In this document: positions 1 through 8,222 of the stretch, one piece after another | Layout of the letters: each line of letters opens with the position of its first letter | Numbering within the stretch: the first letter of the stretch is position 1 | Assembly: GCA_963813325.1 (NCBI GenBank) | Contig: CAWEYM010000001.1 | Coordinates: 75,356-139,355, forward strand | From: an uncultured Acidobacteriota bacterium | GTDB lineage: Bacteria > Acidobacteriota > Vicinamibacteria > Vicinamibacterales > JAKQTR01 | Direction of reading: 5' to 3' | Length of the DNA: 64,000 bases | Position numbers and translations under genes: made by a program | Notes under the pieces: generated by a model | The model's database searches: none | What the model was told of the DNA's origin: nothing | What the model saw: only the letters and a program-made list of their open reading frames with translations

Positions 1-30
1 CCCAGGCCCGACCATATTATCCTTGCCGGC

Positions 31-1092
31 ATGAACACCCATGCCATCCGTTCGTCCGCCCGCCGATGGTTGGTCGGCCGGCAGGTGCTCGCGGCGACCG
101 TCCTGCTGGCGGCCACCGCGTCCCCGGCAGTCCGGGCGCAGGACCCGGCGCAGCCGCCGCGCCTCAAAACCGAGCCGTTCGCGCACACGTTCTCGATCGT
201 GGCACGCGACCCGGTGACTGGCGAGATGGGCGTCGCGGTCCAGTCCCACTGGTTCTCGGTCGGCTCCATCGTGACGTGGGCCGAGGCCGGCGTGGGCGCT
301 ATCGCGACGCAATCCTTCGTGGAACCCGCCTACGGCCTGCGCGGGCTGGAGCTGATGCGCGGCGGCACGCCGGCACCCGACGCCCTGAAGCGCCTGCTCG
401 ATGCCGACGCCCAGCGCGAGGTGCGGCAGGTCGCGTTCGTCGACGCAAAGGGGCGCGTGGCCGCGCACACGGGAAAGCTCGCCATCCTCGCCGCCGGCCA
501 TCATGTCGGCGACCAGTACTCCGTGCAGGCCAACCTGATGGCCAACGACAAGGTGTGGCCGGCCATGGCCGACGCCTTCGAGACCACCAGGGGCGATCTC
601 GCCGATCGTTTCCTGGCGGCCCTCGAGGCCGGGCAGCGTGTCGGCGGCGACATCCGGGGCAAGCAGTCGGCCGCCATTCTCATCGTCAAGGGGGCAGCGA
701 GCGGCAGGCCATGGGCGGGAGCGGACCGGGTGTTCGATCTCCGGGTGGAGGATCATCCGGATCCCATTCCCGAGCTTCGACGACTGGTGCGCTACCAGCG
801 GGCCTACGCCCACGCCAATCACGGCGACGAGCTCGTGGCCGAGAAGAAGATCGACGAGGCGCTCAAGGAATACGCCGAGGCGGGACGCCTGGCGCCGGAG
901 GTGCTCGAGTTGCCCTTCTGGCAGGCGGTCACGCTCGCCTCGATTGGCCGCGAGGCGGAGGCGGCGCCGATCTTCCGCGCGGTGTTCGAGAAGGAACCCT
1001 ACTGGGCCGACCTCGTGCCGCGGCTGCCGGCCGCGCAACTGCTGCCGGACGACAAGGCCCTGATCGACCGGATCGTGCAGCTCAAGAAATAG
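31..1092 (+). CDS. DUF1028-family (Ntn-hydrolase fold) secreted protein with helical C-terminal tail
   Basis: 353-aa ORF with a signal peptide (LLAATASPAVRAQ) and the DUF1028 hallmark FSIVARDPVTGEMGVAVQSHWF. Amino-acid composition is normal, unlike the overlapping shadow ORFs. Confidence 0.85.
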   Translation: MNTHAIRSSARRWLVGRQVLAATVLLAATASPAVRAQDPAQPPRLKTEPFAHTFSIVARDPVTGEMGVAVQSHWFSVGSIVTWAEAGVGAIATQSFVEPAYGLRGLELMRGGTPAPDALKRLLDADAQREVRQVAFVDAKGRVAAHTGKLAILAAGHHVGDQYSVQANLMANDKVWPAMADAFETTRGDLADRFLAALEAGQRVGGDIRGKQSAAILIVKGAASGRPWAGADRVFDLRVEDHPDPIPELRRLVRYQRAYAHANHGDELVAEKKIDEALKEYAEAGRLAPEVLELPFWQAVTLASIGREAEAAPIFRAVFEKEPYWADLVPRLPAAQLLPDDKALIDRIVQLKK

Positions 1093-1113
1093 GGGCACGC
1101 CGCGGCGTGCCCC
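1092..1113 (+). terminator. GC hairpin immediately after the DUF1028 gene stop
   Basis: GGGGCACGCC-GC-GGCGTGCCCC is a perfect palindrome that overlaps the last base of the TAG stop. There is no T-tract. Confidence 0.45.
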
Positions 1114-1165
1114 TGGAACCCGTCCCGGCGATCGCGCCGGGATCGCGAGGTCGCGGCCTCTCTCT

Positions 1166-1265
1166 GACCCCGGAGCCCACCTGCGATGAGCTCCGGGCAC
1201 GCGGGCTGAAGCCCGCGCGCTGCGTTCCCGGCGAGTCCTCAACTCACCTGAGCGCCGGGCTCAGC
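1166..1265 (-). repeat. Structured intergenic repeat, copy A (abuts the stop of the BNR gene)
   Basis: Aligns to 44016..44123 with 14 mismatches in 100 columns (hand count) plus one 8-nt indel. It contains the hairpin GCGGGC-TTCA-GCCCGC. Confidence 0.7.
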
Positions 1266-4188
1266 GCACGATCTCGTCCGCCAGGATGTCGACGGTCGTC
1301 GTATAGTCCTTGCCGCCGACCGAGAGTTTGACGAGGTACTTGCCGGGTTCGGCGGCCGGGCCCGACATGTTCGCAAACCGCCGCTGCATCTGCTCGGGGA
1401 GATTCGGCGGGCGCGGCGGCGGGTTGCCGCGCAGGTTCCACTGGACGCGGTTGAGACCCGCTTCCTTGGTCCCGGCCATCTCGCGCACGACCTTGCCCGC
1501 GTAGTCCGTGATCGTGATCTTGGCGTCGCCGGACGGGGCGGCCTTCAGGTAGTAGCTGATGGCGGTCCCCGGCTCCGGGTTCTGGCCCTGGAACAGCTTC
1601 GAGCCGCCCAGCTGGCGGGCCAGCGTCGGGTCGTTCAGCCATTGCACGCCCGGGCGCGGCTCGAACAGCGTCACGTCGGCGGCCGTCACCTTGTCCGACA
1701 GCGCCTGCAGCGGGGTGATGTCGTCCATGATGTAGAGGCTGCGGCCGTGCGTGGCGAGGATCAGGTCGTTGTCCCGCGGGTGCACCATCACGTCGTCGAT
1801 GCGCACCGTCGGGAGGCCCGTGGAGAACCGCGTCCATGCCTTCCCGCCGTTCAGCGAAATGTAGAACCCGTACTCGTTGCCCAGGTACAACAGGTTGCGG
1901 TTCTTCGGGTCCTCCTTGATCACGTTGACGTTGGCGGACGGCAGGTTGGCCACGAGCGACGTCCACGTCTGGCCATAGTCCTTCGTCACGAAGACGTACG
2001 GGGTCATGTCATCGGTCCGGTGGCCGTCGAAGCTCACGTAACAGGTGCCGGCGTCGAAGTGCGACGGCTCGACGCGCGACACGTGCGTTTCCTTCGGCAC
2101 GCCCGGCACGCTGTCCACCACGTTCTTCCAGGTCGCGCCGCCGTCACGGCTGACCTGCAGGTTGCCGTCGTTCGTGCCGACCCACAGCACGCCCGGCATG
2201 ACCGGCGATTCGCCGATGGTCACGATGCTGCTGAAGGCGCCCGCGCCGTCGTGCTTCGAGGCCATGGGCGCGTCGCCCGCGACTCCCATGATCGGGCGCA
2301 CGAAGCGGCTGACGTTCTTCGTCAGGTCCGGCGTGCCCGTCCACGACTCCCCACGGTCGCGCGAGATGAACAGGCGATTGGCGCCCACGTACACGGTGCT
2401 GGCGTTGTGCGGCGAGAGCAGGACCGGCGTGTTCCAGAAGAACCGGTACTGCTCGCCCACCGGCGGCTCCGGCACGATGTTGGCGGTGGCTCCGCCGCGG
2501 CCGAAGCCGAGCTGCTCGGCCATGGCCGTCATGGCCGCGTTCGGGTCGGGCTGGCCGGCCGCCGGCCGCGGGCGCGCCGCCCGGGGCTTGATGCTGGTGC
2601 TCCGGCCCGTCCGCAGGTCGAGGCGGTTGACGTTGCCGTCCTGCGACTCGGCATAGACGATGTTCGGGTCGGTGGGGTCCTGCTGCGTGTAGAAGCCGTC
2701 GCCGCCGCCCACGCGGAACCAGTCGGTGTTCAGGATGCCGGTCTGGCTGCGCACCGCGCTCGGGCCGCACCACGACCCGTTGTCCTGCAGGCCGCCACAG
2801 ACGAAGTACGGCCGGCGCATGTCGGCGCTCACCGCGTAGAACTGGGCCACCGGCAGCGTGTTCACGAACTCCCACGTCTCGGCCTGGTCGTAGCTCACGT
2901 CGAGGCCGCCGTCGTTGCCGAGCAGCAGGTGGTTCGGGTTCTTCGGGTCGATCCACATCCCGTGGTGGTCGCTGTGCGCGATCCCCTGCACGACCTTGAA
3001 GGTCTTGCCGCCGTCGATCGACTTGTGGAACGGCGCGCCCATCGTATACACGATCTGGTCGTTGGACGGATCCACGCGGATCTGGCTGTAGTACATCGGC
3101 CGATCGTCGTTGTTGCTCATCACCTTCCACGTCTTGCCGCCGTCATCCGACCGCCACACGCCGCTCTTCTTCGGGTCGGGTGGGGGCGGCGCCGCGCCCG
3201 GCCGCGCCGGGGGCTGGCCGCCACCGAATCCGCCGAAGCCGCCCGCGCCGGCAGGCGCCTCCTTCCCTTCGGCCGTGACGTTGCCGCCGGTCCCCGCGCT
3301 CGCGCCCACCTCCATCTGCGCGTAGATCACGTTGGGCTTCGAGCGGGCGATGGCGAGGCCGATGCGCCCCAGGATGCCCTCCGGCAGGCCGCCGCCCTCG
3401 AGCCGCTTCCAGGCCTTGCCCCCGTCGGTCGTCTTCCAGATCCCCGAGCCGGGGCCGCCGCCGTTGAACCCCCACGGCACCCGCCGCCGCTGGTAGGACG
3501 AGGCGAACAGCACGTTCGGGTTCTTCGGATCCATGACGAGGTCGATGAAGCCGGTGTCGTCGTTGATGAAGTTCGTATTCGACCAGGTCTTGCCGCCGTC
3601 GGTCGTCTTGAACACGCCGCGGTCCTTGTTCGGCCCGAAGAGATGGCCGATCACCGCCACGTAGACGATGTTGGGATCCTTCGGGTGGATGACGATGCGG
3701 GCGATGGACTGGGTGTCCTTGAGCCCCATGTTGGTGAGGGTCTTGCCGGCGTCCGTGGACTTGTACACGCCGTCACCGAACGACGAGCTCTGGCGGTTGT
3801 TCGGCTCGCCGCTGCCGACCCAGACGACGTTCGGATCCGACGGCGCGATCGCGATGTCGCCGATGGAGCTGACCGGGTAGGTCTCGAAGATCGGCGTCCA
3901 CGTCGTGCCGTTGTTCAGGCTCTTCCACACGCCGCCGGTCGCGAAGCCCAGGTAGATGATCGACGGGTTGCTCTCGACCGCCTCGATGTCGTCGACGCGG
4001 CCGCCGACGTTCGCCGGGCCAATCTCGCGCCAGCGAAACGCCTTGAGCATCGGATCGTCGGACATGTTGACCGGAGGGGGAGGAGGAGGCGCCGGCTGCG
4101 GCGGCTGGGCCAGGCCGACCTTGATCCACAAGGCGGCCAGACCGACGGCCAGCCCGAGCAGCGCGCGCGTGCGCAGGGCTCTGGTCAT
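1261..4188 (-). CDS. Secreted BNR/Asp-box repeat protein (sortilin/VPS10-like, GH74-like double propeller)
   Basis: Contains many S-x-D-x-G-x-T-W Asp-boxes (NNGTTW, STDAGKTL, TTDGGKTW, TTDGGKAW, SDDGGKTW, SIDGGKTF, SRDGGATW, TKDYGQTW, SLNGGKAW). I moved the start from GTG 4221 to ATG 4188, giving signal peptide MTRALRTRALLGLAVGLAALW. Confidence 0.85.
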   Translation of the reverse strand: MTRALRTRALLGLAVGLAALWIKVGLAQPPQPAPPPPPPVNMSDDPMLKAFRWREIGPANVGGRVDDIEAVESNPSIIYLGFATGGVWKSLNNGTTWTPIFETYPVSSIGDIAIAPSDPNVVWVGSGEPNNRQSSSFGDGVYKSTDAGKTLTNMGLKDTQSIARIVIHPKDPNIVYVAVIGHLFGPNKDRGVFKTTDGGKTWSNTNFINDDTGFIDLVMDPKNPNVLFASSYQRRRVPWGFNGGGPGSGIWKTTDGGKAWKRLEGGGLPEGILGRIGLAIARSKPNVIYAQMEVGASAGTGGNVTAEGKEAPAGAGGFGGFGGGQPPARPGAAPPPPDPKKSGVWRSDDGGKTWKVMSNNDDRPMYYSQIRVDPSNDQIVYTMGAPFHKSIDGGKTFKVVQGIAHSDHHGMWIDPKNPNHLLLGNDGGLDVSYDQAETWEFVNTLPVAQFYAVSADMRRPYFVCGGLQDNGSWCGPSAVRSQTGILNTDWFRVGGGDGFYTQQDPTDPNIVYAESQDGNVNRLDLRTGRSTSIKPRAARPRPAAGQPDPNAAMTAMAEQLGFGRGGATANIVPEPPVGEQYRFFWNTPVLLSPHNASTVYVGANRLFISRDRGESWTGTPDLTKNVSRFVRPIMGVAGDAPMASKHDGAGAFSSIVTIGESPVMPGVLWVGTNDGNLQVSRDGGATWKNVVDSVPGVPKETHVSRVEPSHFDAGTCYVSFDGHRTDDMTPYVFVTKDYGQTWTSLVANLPSANVNVIKEDPKNRNLLYLGNEYGFYISLNGGKAWTRFSTGLPTVRIDDVMVHPRDNDLILATHGRSLYIMDDITPLQALSDKVTAADVTLFEPRPGVQWLNDPTLARQLGGSKLFQGQNPEPGTAISYYLKAAPSGDAKITITDYAGKVVREMAGTKEAGLNRVQWNLRGNPPPRPPNLPEQMQRRFANMSGPAAEPGKYLVKLSVGGKDYTTTVDILADEIVR

Positions 4189-4315
4189 CTCGTCTGCCTT
4201 TCTGGTTGGGAAGGAAGTCACACACGATTCCGTGTCTGTCCACTACGACCGGGTCTCAGCCGGCGTTTCACTGCCGGTCCGGCCCGAGACCCGAGGCGGG
4301 CGCTCGGATGCCGAA

Positions 4316-4324
4316 TGGTATACT
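4316..4324 (+). promoter_or_regulatory. Extended -10 box TGgTATACT, 9 nt before the MFS ATG
   Basis: Read directly: aTGgTATACTgcccggttcATG. There is no SD-like purine run. Confidence 0.45.
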
Positions 4325-4333
4325 GCCCGGTTC

Positions 4334-5509
4334 ATGGCCGTCACGCAGAACCGGCTGTTCACCCCGCGCTTCTTCCTGATGTGCGGGTTCACGTTCACGG
4401 TGTTCCTGTCGGCCTTCCAGCTGTTCCCGACCGCCCCGTTCCGCGTGAAGGACATGGGCGGGAGCACCTTCGCCGCCGGCCTGTTCCTCGCCTTCCTCAC
4501 CTACGCCTCGGCCGTGTCCGCGCCGGTCACGGGGGCCATCGCGGACCGCGTGGGCGTGCGGCGGATGCTGCTCGTCTGCAGCCTGGCGATCACCCTGGTG
4601 TCGATCGGCTACGGCGCGGCGCGAGACTATCGCCTCCTGCTGGCGCTGGCCGTCCTGCACGGCCTGTTCTGGTCGGGGCTGCTGACCTCGTCTGGCGCCT
4701 ACGTCAGCTCGCTGCTGCCGCCGCTGCGCCGGGCGGAAGGGATCGGGTACTGGGGCCTCTCGTCGGTCGCGGCCACCGCGATCGCGCCGACACTGGGGTT
4801 CTGGATCTACCAGCGCGGCTGGCTGGCGCTGTGTCTGGTCCTGGGCACGCTCAACTTCCTGATGGCGGTGATCGCGTGGCGCCTGCCGGAGGCGCCGGCC
4901 GGCGAGCACGGTGGCGCGAGGCCCGCCCGCGGCCCGATCCTCGAGTGGCGCGTCCTGCTGGTCTCGGTCACGCTGCTGCTCTATTCGTTCGGCTTCGGCG
5001 CGGTGACGAGCTTCGCGGCCCTCTACGCCGAGGCCGTGCACGTGACGCCCACGCCGGTCTACCTGACGACGCTGGCGGGGGCCATTCTCGTCACGAGGCC
5101 CGTTGCCGGCCCCCTGGCCGACCGGGTGGGCTACAGGCGCGTCCTGCTGCCGTGTCTCGGCCTGATTGCGGCCGGCCTCCTGGCGCTCGCCTTCAGCAGC
5201 ACGCGTGCGGGGCTTGTCGCCTCGGCCGCGATCTTCGGAACCGGCTACGGGACCGCGTACCCGGTCTTCGCGGCGTGGATCCTCGGGCGCGTGGACGCCG
5301 CGCGCCGGGGCGCCGCCTTCGGCGCGATCATCGCCGCCTTCGACACCGGGATCGGGACGGGGTCGCTGCTGTCGGGGCTGATCATTCAGCGCTACGGGTA
5401 CGGCCTCGCCTTCGGCGGCGCCGCCGCGCTGGCGGCCCTGGCCATCCCGTACTTCCTGGCGGCCTCTCGGGTGTTGCCAGACCCGGTCGCTGAACAGCCT
5501 GCCGTGTAG
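4334..5509 (+). CDS. MFS transporter
   Basis: This is the C-terminal 391 codons of the 517-aa track ORF. It is multi-TM and hydrophobic with a 12-helix-like pattern. ATG 4334 begins MAVTQNRLFTPRFFLMCGFTF; the upstream part of the ORF is Gly/Arg-rich shadow sequence. Confidence 0.85.
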   Translation: MAVTQNRLFTPRFFLMCGFTFTVFLSAFQLFPTAPFRVKDMGGSTFAAGLFLAFLTYASAVSAPVTGAIADRVGVRRMLLVCSLAITLVSIGYGAARDYRLLLALAVLHGLFWSGLLTSSGAYVSSLLPPLRRAEGIGYWGLSSVAATAIAPTLGFWIYQRGWLALCLVLGTLNFLMAVIAWRLPEAPAGEHGGARPARGPILEWRVLLVSVTLLLYSFGFGAVTSFAALYAEAVHVTPTPVYLTTLAGAILVTRPVAGPLADRVGYRRVLLPCLGLIAAGLLALAFSSTRAGLVASAAIFGTGYGTAYPVFAAWILGRVDAARRGAAFGAIIAAFDTGIGTGSLLSGLIIQRYGYGLAFGGAAALAALAIPYFLAASRVLPDPVAEQPAV

Positions 5510-5638
5510 CCGGGCTCGCAGCGGGCGGCGTTCGGCTCGCGGCCCGGTCGGGTCGGAACCATCCCGTCGAGGCCGCACGCGCCAGCAGGCACGACAGGCA
5601 CGCGGGTCAATTCCCGCGATCCCCCGGTGGCAGGCGCG

Positions 5639-6739
5639 TCAGGGCACCAGCACCGTGGGCGTCTCGCGCGTGTCCGCGGCATACCGCGCCGCGATGCGCG
5701 CACCGGCAGCCGCCCCGGCGCCGGCGCTCGCCAGGATCACCACGGCCCCGCCGAAGCCGCCGCCCGTCAATCGCGCTCCGAACACGTCCGGATCCAGGGC
5801 GGCGATCTCCACCAGCCGGTCGACCTGCGGCACCGACACCTGGAAATCGTCCCGCATCGACTGGTGCGATGCCCGGAACAGGTCGCCAAGGCGCCGCACG
5901 TCGCCGGCCCGCATGGCTGCCACCGCCTGCAGCACGCGGTCGTCCTCTGTCACGACGTGGCGGGCGCGGCGGCCGATCGGATCGGACAGCGCCTGCACGC
6001 GGGGCAGGTCGGCAAGCGTCAGGTCGCGCAGTTGCGACACGCCGAGCAGCCGGCACGCCTCCTCGCACTGCCGGCGCCTGACCGCGTACTCGCCGCTCGC
6101 GTGAGCGTGCTTGACGCCGGAGTCGATCACCACCAGTTCGGCGCCGGCGGGCAGCGGCACGTGCTCGTACACGAGGCTGCGGGTATCGAGAAACAGGGCC
6201 GACCCGGCCTCGCCGAGGGCCGCCGCCATCTGGTCCATCACGCCGGTCGGCACGCCGACGAACTCGTTCTCGGCCGAGCGGCCCGCCCGTGCCAGTTCCA
6301 CGTCATCGAGCCGCAGGTGAAACGCAGCCCGCAGCGCGGCCGCGATGCTCACCTCGAGCGCGGCGCTCGACGACAGGCCGGCCCCGACCGGCACGTCCGA
6401 GTCGATCCGCGCGTCGAACCCCTTGAGCGTGTGCCCGCCTTTGCGCAACGCGACGGCGACACCGGCCACGTAGTCGACCCACGTGCGCGTTGGACGCTCG
6501 GACCCAAGCACGAACTCCCCGAGCCGGTCCGCTTCCGCCACGTTGGCGCTCCAGACCCTGACCAACAGGTCCGTGCGCGGAGCCAGGGCCACGCGCGTGC
6601 GTTGCGGGATCACCGCCGGAAGGACGAACCCGCCGTTGTAGTCCGTGTGCTCCCCGATCAGGTTCACCCGGCCTGGCGCGTCGGCGCGAACGGATGCGGG
6701 GCGGGCGAACAGGTCGGAAAACGACGGCAACGCGGCCAT
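5639..6739 (-). CDS. galK: Galactokinase (GHMP kinase)
   Basis: Has the galactokinase signature GRVNLIGEHTDYNGGFVLP and the GHMP motif PVGAGLSSSAALEV. ATG 6739 is preceded by AGGAGAGG. Confidence 0.85.
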   Translation of the reverse strand: MAALPSFSDLFARPASVRADAPGRVNLIGEHTDYNGGFVLPAVIPQRTRVALAPRTDLLVRVWSANVAEADRLGEFVLGSERPTRTWVDYVAGVAVALRKGGHTLKGFDARIDSDVPVGAGLSSSAALEVSIAAALRAAFHLRLDDVELARAGRSAENEFVGVPTGVMDQMAAALGEAGSALFLDTRSLVYEHVPLPAGAELVVIDSGVKHAHASGEYAVRRRQCEEACRLLGVSQLRDLTLADLPRVQALSDPIGRRARHVVTEDDRVLQAVAAMRAGDVRRLGDLFRASHQSMRDDFQVSVPQVDRLVEIAALDPDVFGARLTGGGFGGAVVILASAGAGAAAGARIAARYAADTRETPTVLVP

Positions 6740-6827
6740 GGTCGCCTCTCCTGGCTGATGCCTGCCGCCGCACACCGATCACTCGGCGCGGCGCCCTGTG
6801 CCACAATCCAAAAGGGCGCCACGATCC

Positions 6828-8081
6828 TCAGCGTACGCCTGGCGCTGCAGACCGGGGCGCGCCGAGGAGGCTCGCGCCGGCCATCCACCCGACCACGTTG
6901 GCGGTCGTGCGGAACATGTCGGGGATCGTGTCGACCCCCATCAGCAGGCCGATCCCCTCGACGGGCAGGCCCACCGATGCAAGGACGGGCGCCAGGACGA
7001 TGATGGCACCGGCCGGGATCCCGGGCACCGTCAGGGTCGTGAACACCACGCTCACGATGATGGTGCCGAGCTGCGCGCCGCCGAGTGGCACGCCGTAGAG
7101 CCGCGCGAGGAACAGGACCGCGCAGACCTGCGCGATCGCGGCCCCGACGCGGAACACCGCGGCCGCGAGCGGCATGAAGAATCCGGTCACATCGTCCGGG
7201 AGGCCCAGGCCCGACGTCACGCCCTCGATGCTCGCCGGGAGCGCGGCGAGCGACGAACGCGACGAGAAGGCCACGGCCACGGCCGGCGCGCACGCCCGGA
7301 CGAAACGCCCCAGCGGCTGCCGGCCCGCCACGACGGCGACGGGCACCAGCACGACCAGGATGAACGCCGAGCAAATCACCGACACCACCAGCATGTAATA
7401 GGCCAGGGCGCCGGCGGCCCCGGCACCCATGCGCGCGCCGAGGGCCACGGCCAGCGCGCACACACCGAGGGGTGCCGCTTTCAGGACCCACCCCACGACG
7501 ACCAGCATGCCGTCGTACACGGCGCGCAGCACGGCGAGCATCGGGGTGCGGGCATCCTCGCGCACGCGGCCGAGGGCGAGGCCGAACGCCACGGAGAACA
7601 CGATGAGCGGCAGCATCGCGCCATCCGAGGCGGCCTTGAACGGGTTGACAGGCACCAGGTCGATGAGCCACTGCCCCACGCCCGGAAGCCGTGCCGCCTG
7701 CTCGGCGGACACGGCGCCGCCCTGGACCGAGGCCCTCAACGACGCCGCCACCTGAGGATCCACGGGCAGCCAGCCCAGGAGCGGGAATCCCAGGGCCACG
7801 GCGAACACGGCCGCGGTGGCGACGGCGACGAGAAACAGGACGATCGCGCGCACGCCCGTCCGCCCGACGGCCCGCGCGTCGCCGCCCGATGCCACGCCGC
7901 GCATCAGGCCCGCCACCACGAGCGGAATCACCGTCATCCGGATGGCGTTGATGAAGACGGTGCCCAGCGGCTCCGCGATGGACGGCAGCGCGCGGAGCCA
8001 GGGCACGGCGCTGCCCGACACACCAATGCCGGCCGCGAGCCCGATGACGAGGCCGAGCAGGACCTGGAGGGTAAACGGCAT
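6828..8081 (-). CDS. Dicarboxylate/amino acid:cation symporter (DAACS/GltP family)
   Basis: 417-aa multi-TM protein. The N-terminus MPFTLQVLLGLVIGLAAG and the SSRSSLAALP motif are typical of sodium:dicarboxylate symporters. Confidence 0.9.
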   Translation of the reverse strand: MPFTLQVLLGLVIGLAAGIGVSGSAVPWLRALPSIAEPLGTVFINAIRMTVIPLVVAGLMRGVASGGDARAVGRTGVRAIVLFLVAVATAAVFAVALGFPLLGWLPVDPQVAASLRASVQGGAVSAEQAARLPGVGQWLIDLVPVNPFKAASDGAMLPLIVFSVAFGLALGRVREDARTPMLAVLRAVYDGMLVVVGWVLKAAPLGVCALAVALGARMGAGAAGALAYYMLVVSVICSAFILVVLVPVAVVAGRQPLGRFVRACAPAVAVAFSSRSSLAALPASIEGVTSGLGLPDDVTGFFMPLAAAVFRVGAAIAQVCAVLFLARLYGVPLGGAQLGTIIVSVVFTTLTVPGIPAGAIIVLAPVLASVGLPVEGIGLLMGVDTIPDMFRTTANVVGWMAGASLLGAPRSAAPGVR

Positions 8082-8089
8082 GGGGTGGG

Positions 8090-8095
8090 ATTATA
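8090..8095 (-). promoter_or_regulatory. Consensus -10 box TATAAT, 8 nt before the DAACS symporter ATG
   Basis: The minus strand reads ccctgTATAATcccaccccATG. There is no SD. Confidence 0.4.
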
Positions 8096-8156
8096 CAGGG
8101 ACCGGGGATTGGAGACCCGGGATCGGAGTCGGGGGTCGGAGGTCGACCCGACGAGG

Positions 8157-8204
8157 CCCGGGCGCTTCAGCGCCGGGGGCCACCCCGCGGCTGAAGCCGC
8201 GGGG
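8157..8204 (-). terminator. Twin GC hairpins with TTCA/TGAA tetraloops downstream of the phosphatase gene
   Basis: CCCGGGCGC-TTCA-GCGCCGGGG has one mismatch. CCCCGCGGC-TGAA-GCCGCGGGG is a 9-bp perfect stem. Both lie between the stop at 8223 and the DAACS start at 8081. Confidence 0.55.
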
Positions 8205-8222
8205 CTACGGCCAGCCACCCCT

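Noticed and set aside
1642-5493. 1283-aa ORF on the plus strand, plus many other very long ORFs (for example 28881..31712, 21741..23720, 17710..19119, 40518..42917, 62432..63961).
   Set aside because: Their composition is extremely Arg/Pro/Gly/Ala/His-rich with no motifs. Each lies antisense or out of frame to a gene with clear family signatures. These are the shadow ORFs typical of high-GC DNA.
6755-6800. TGGCAC element upstream of galK that resembles the -24 part of a sigma54 promoter.
   Set aside because: The required TTGC (-12) element at the proper spacing is absent (the sequence there is GCCGC).
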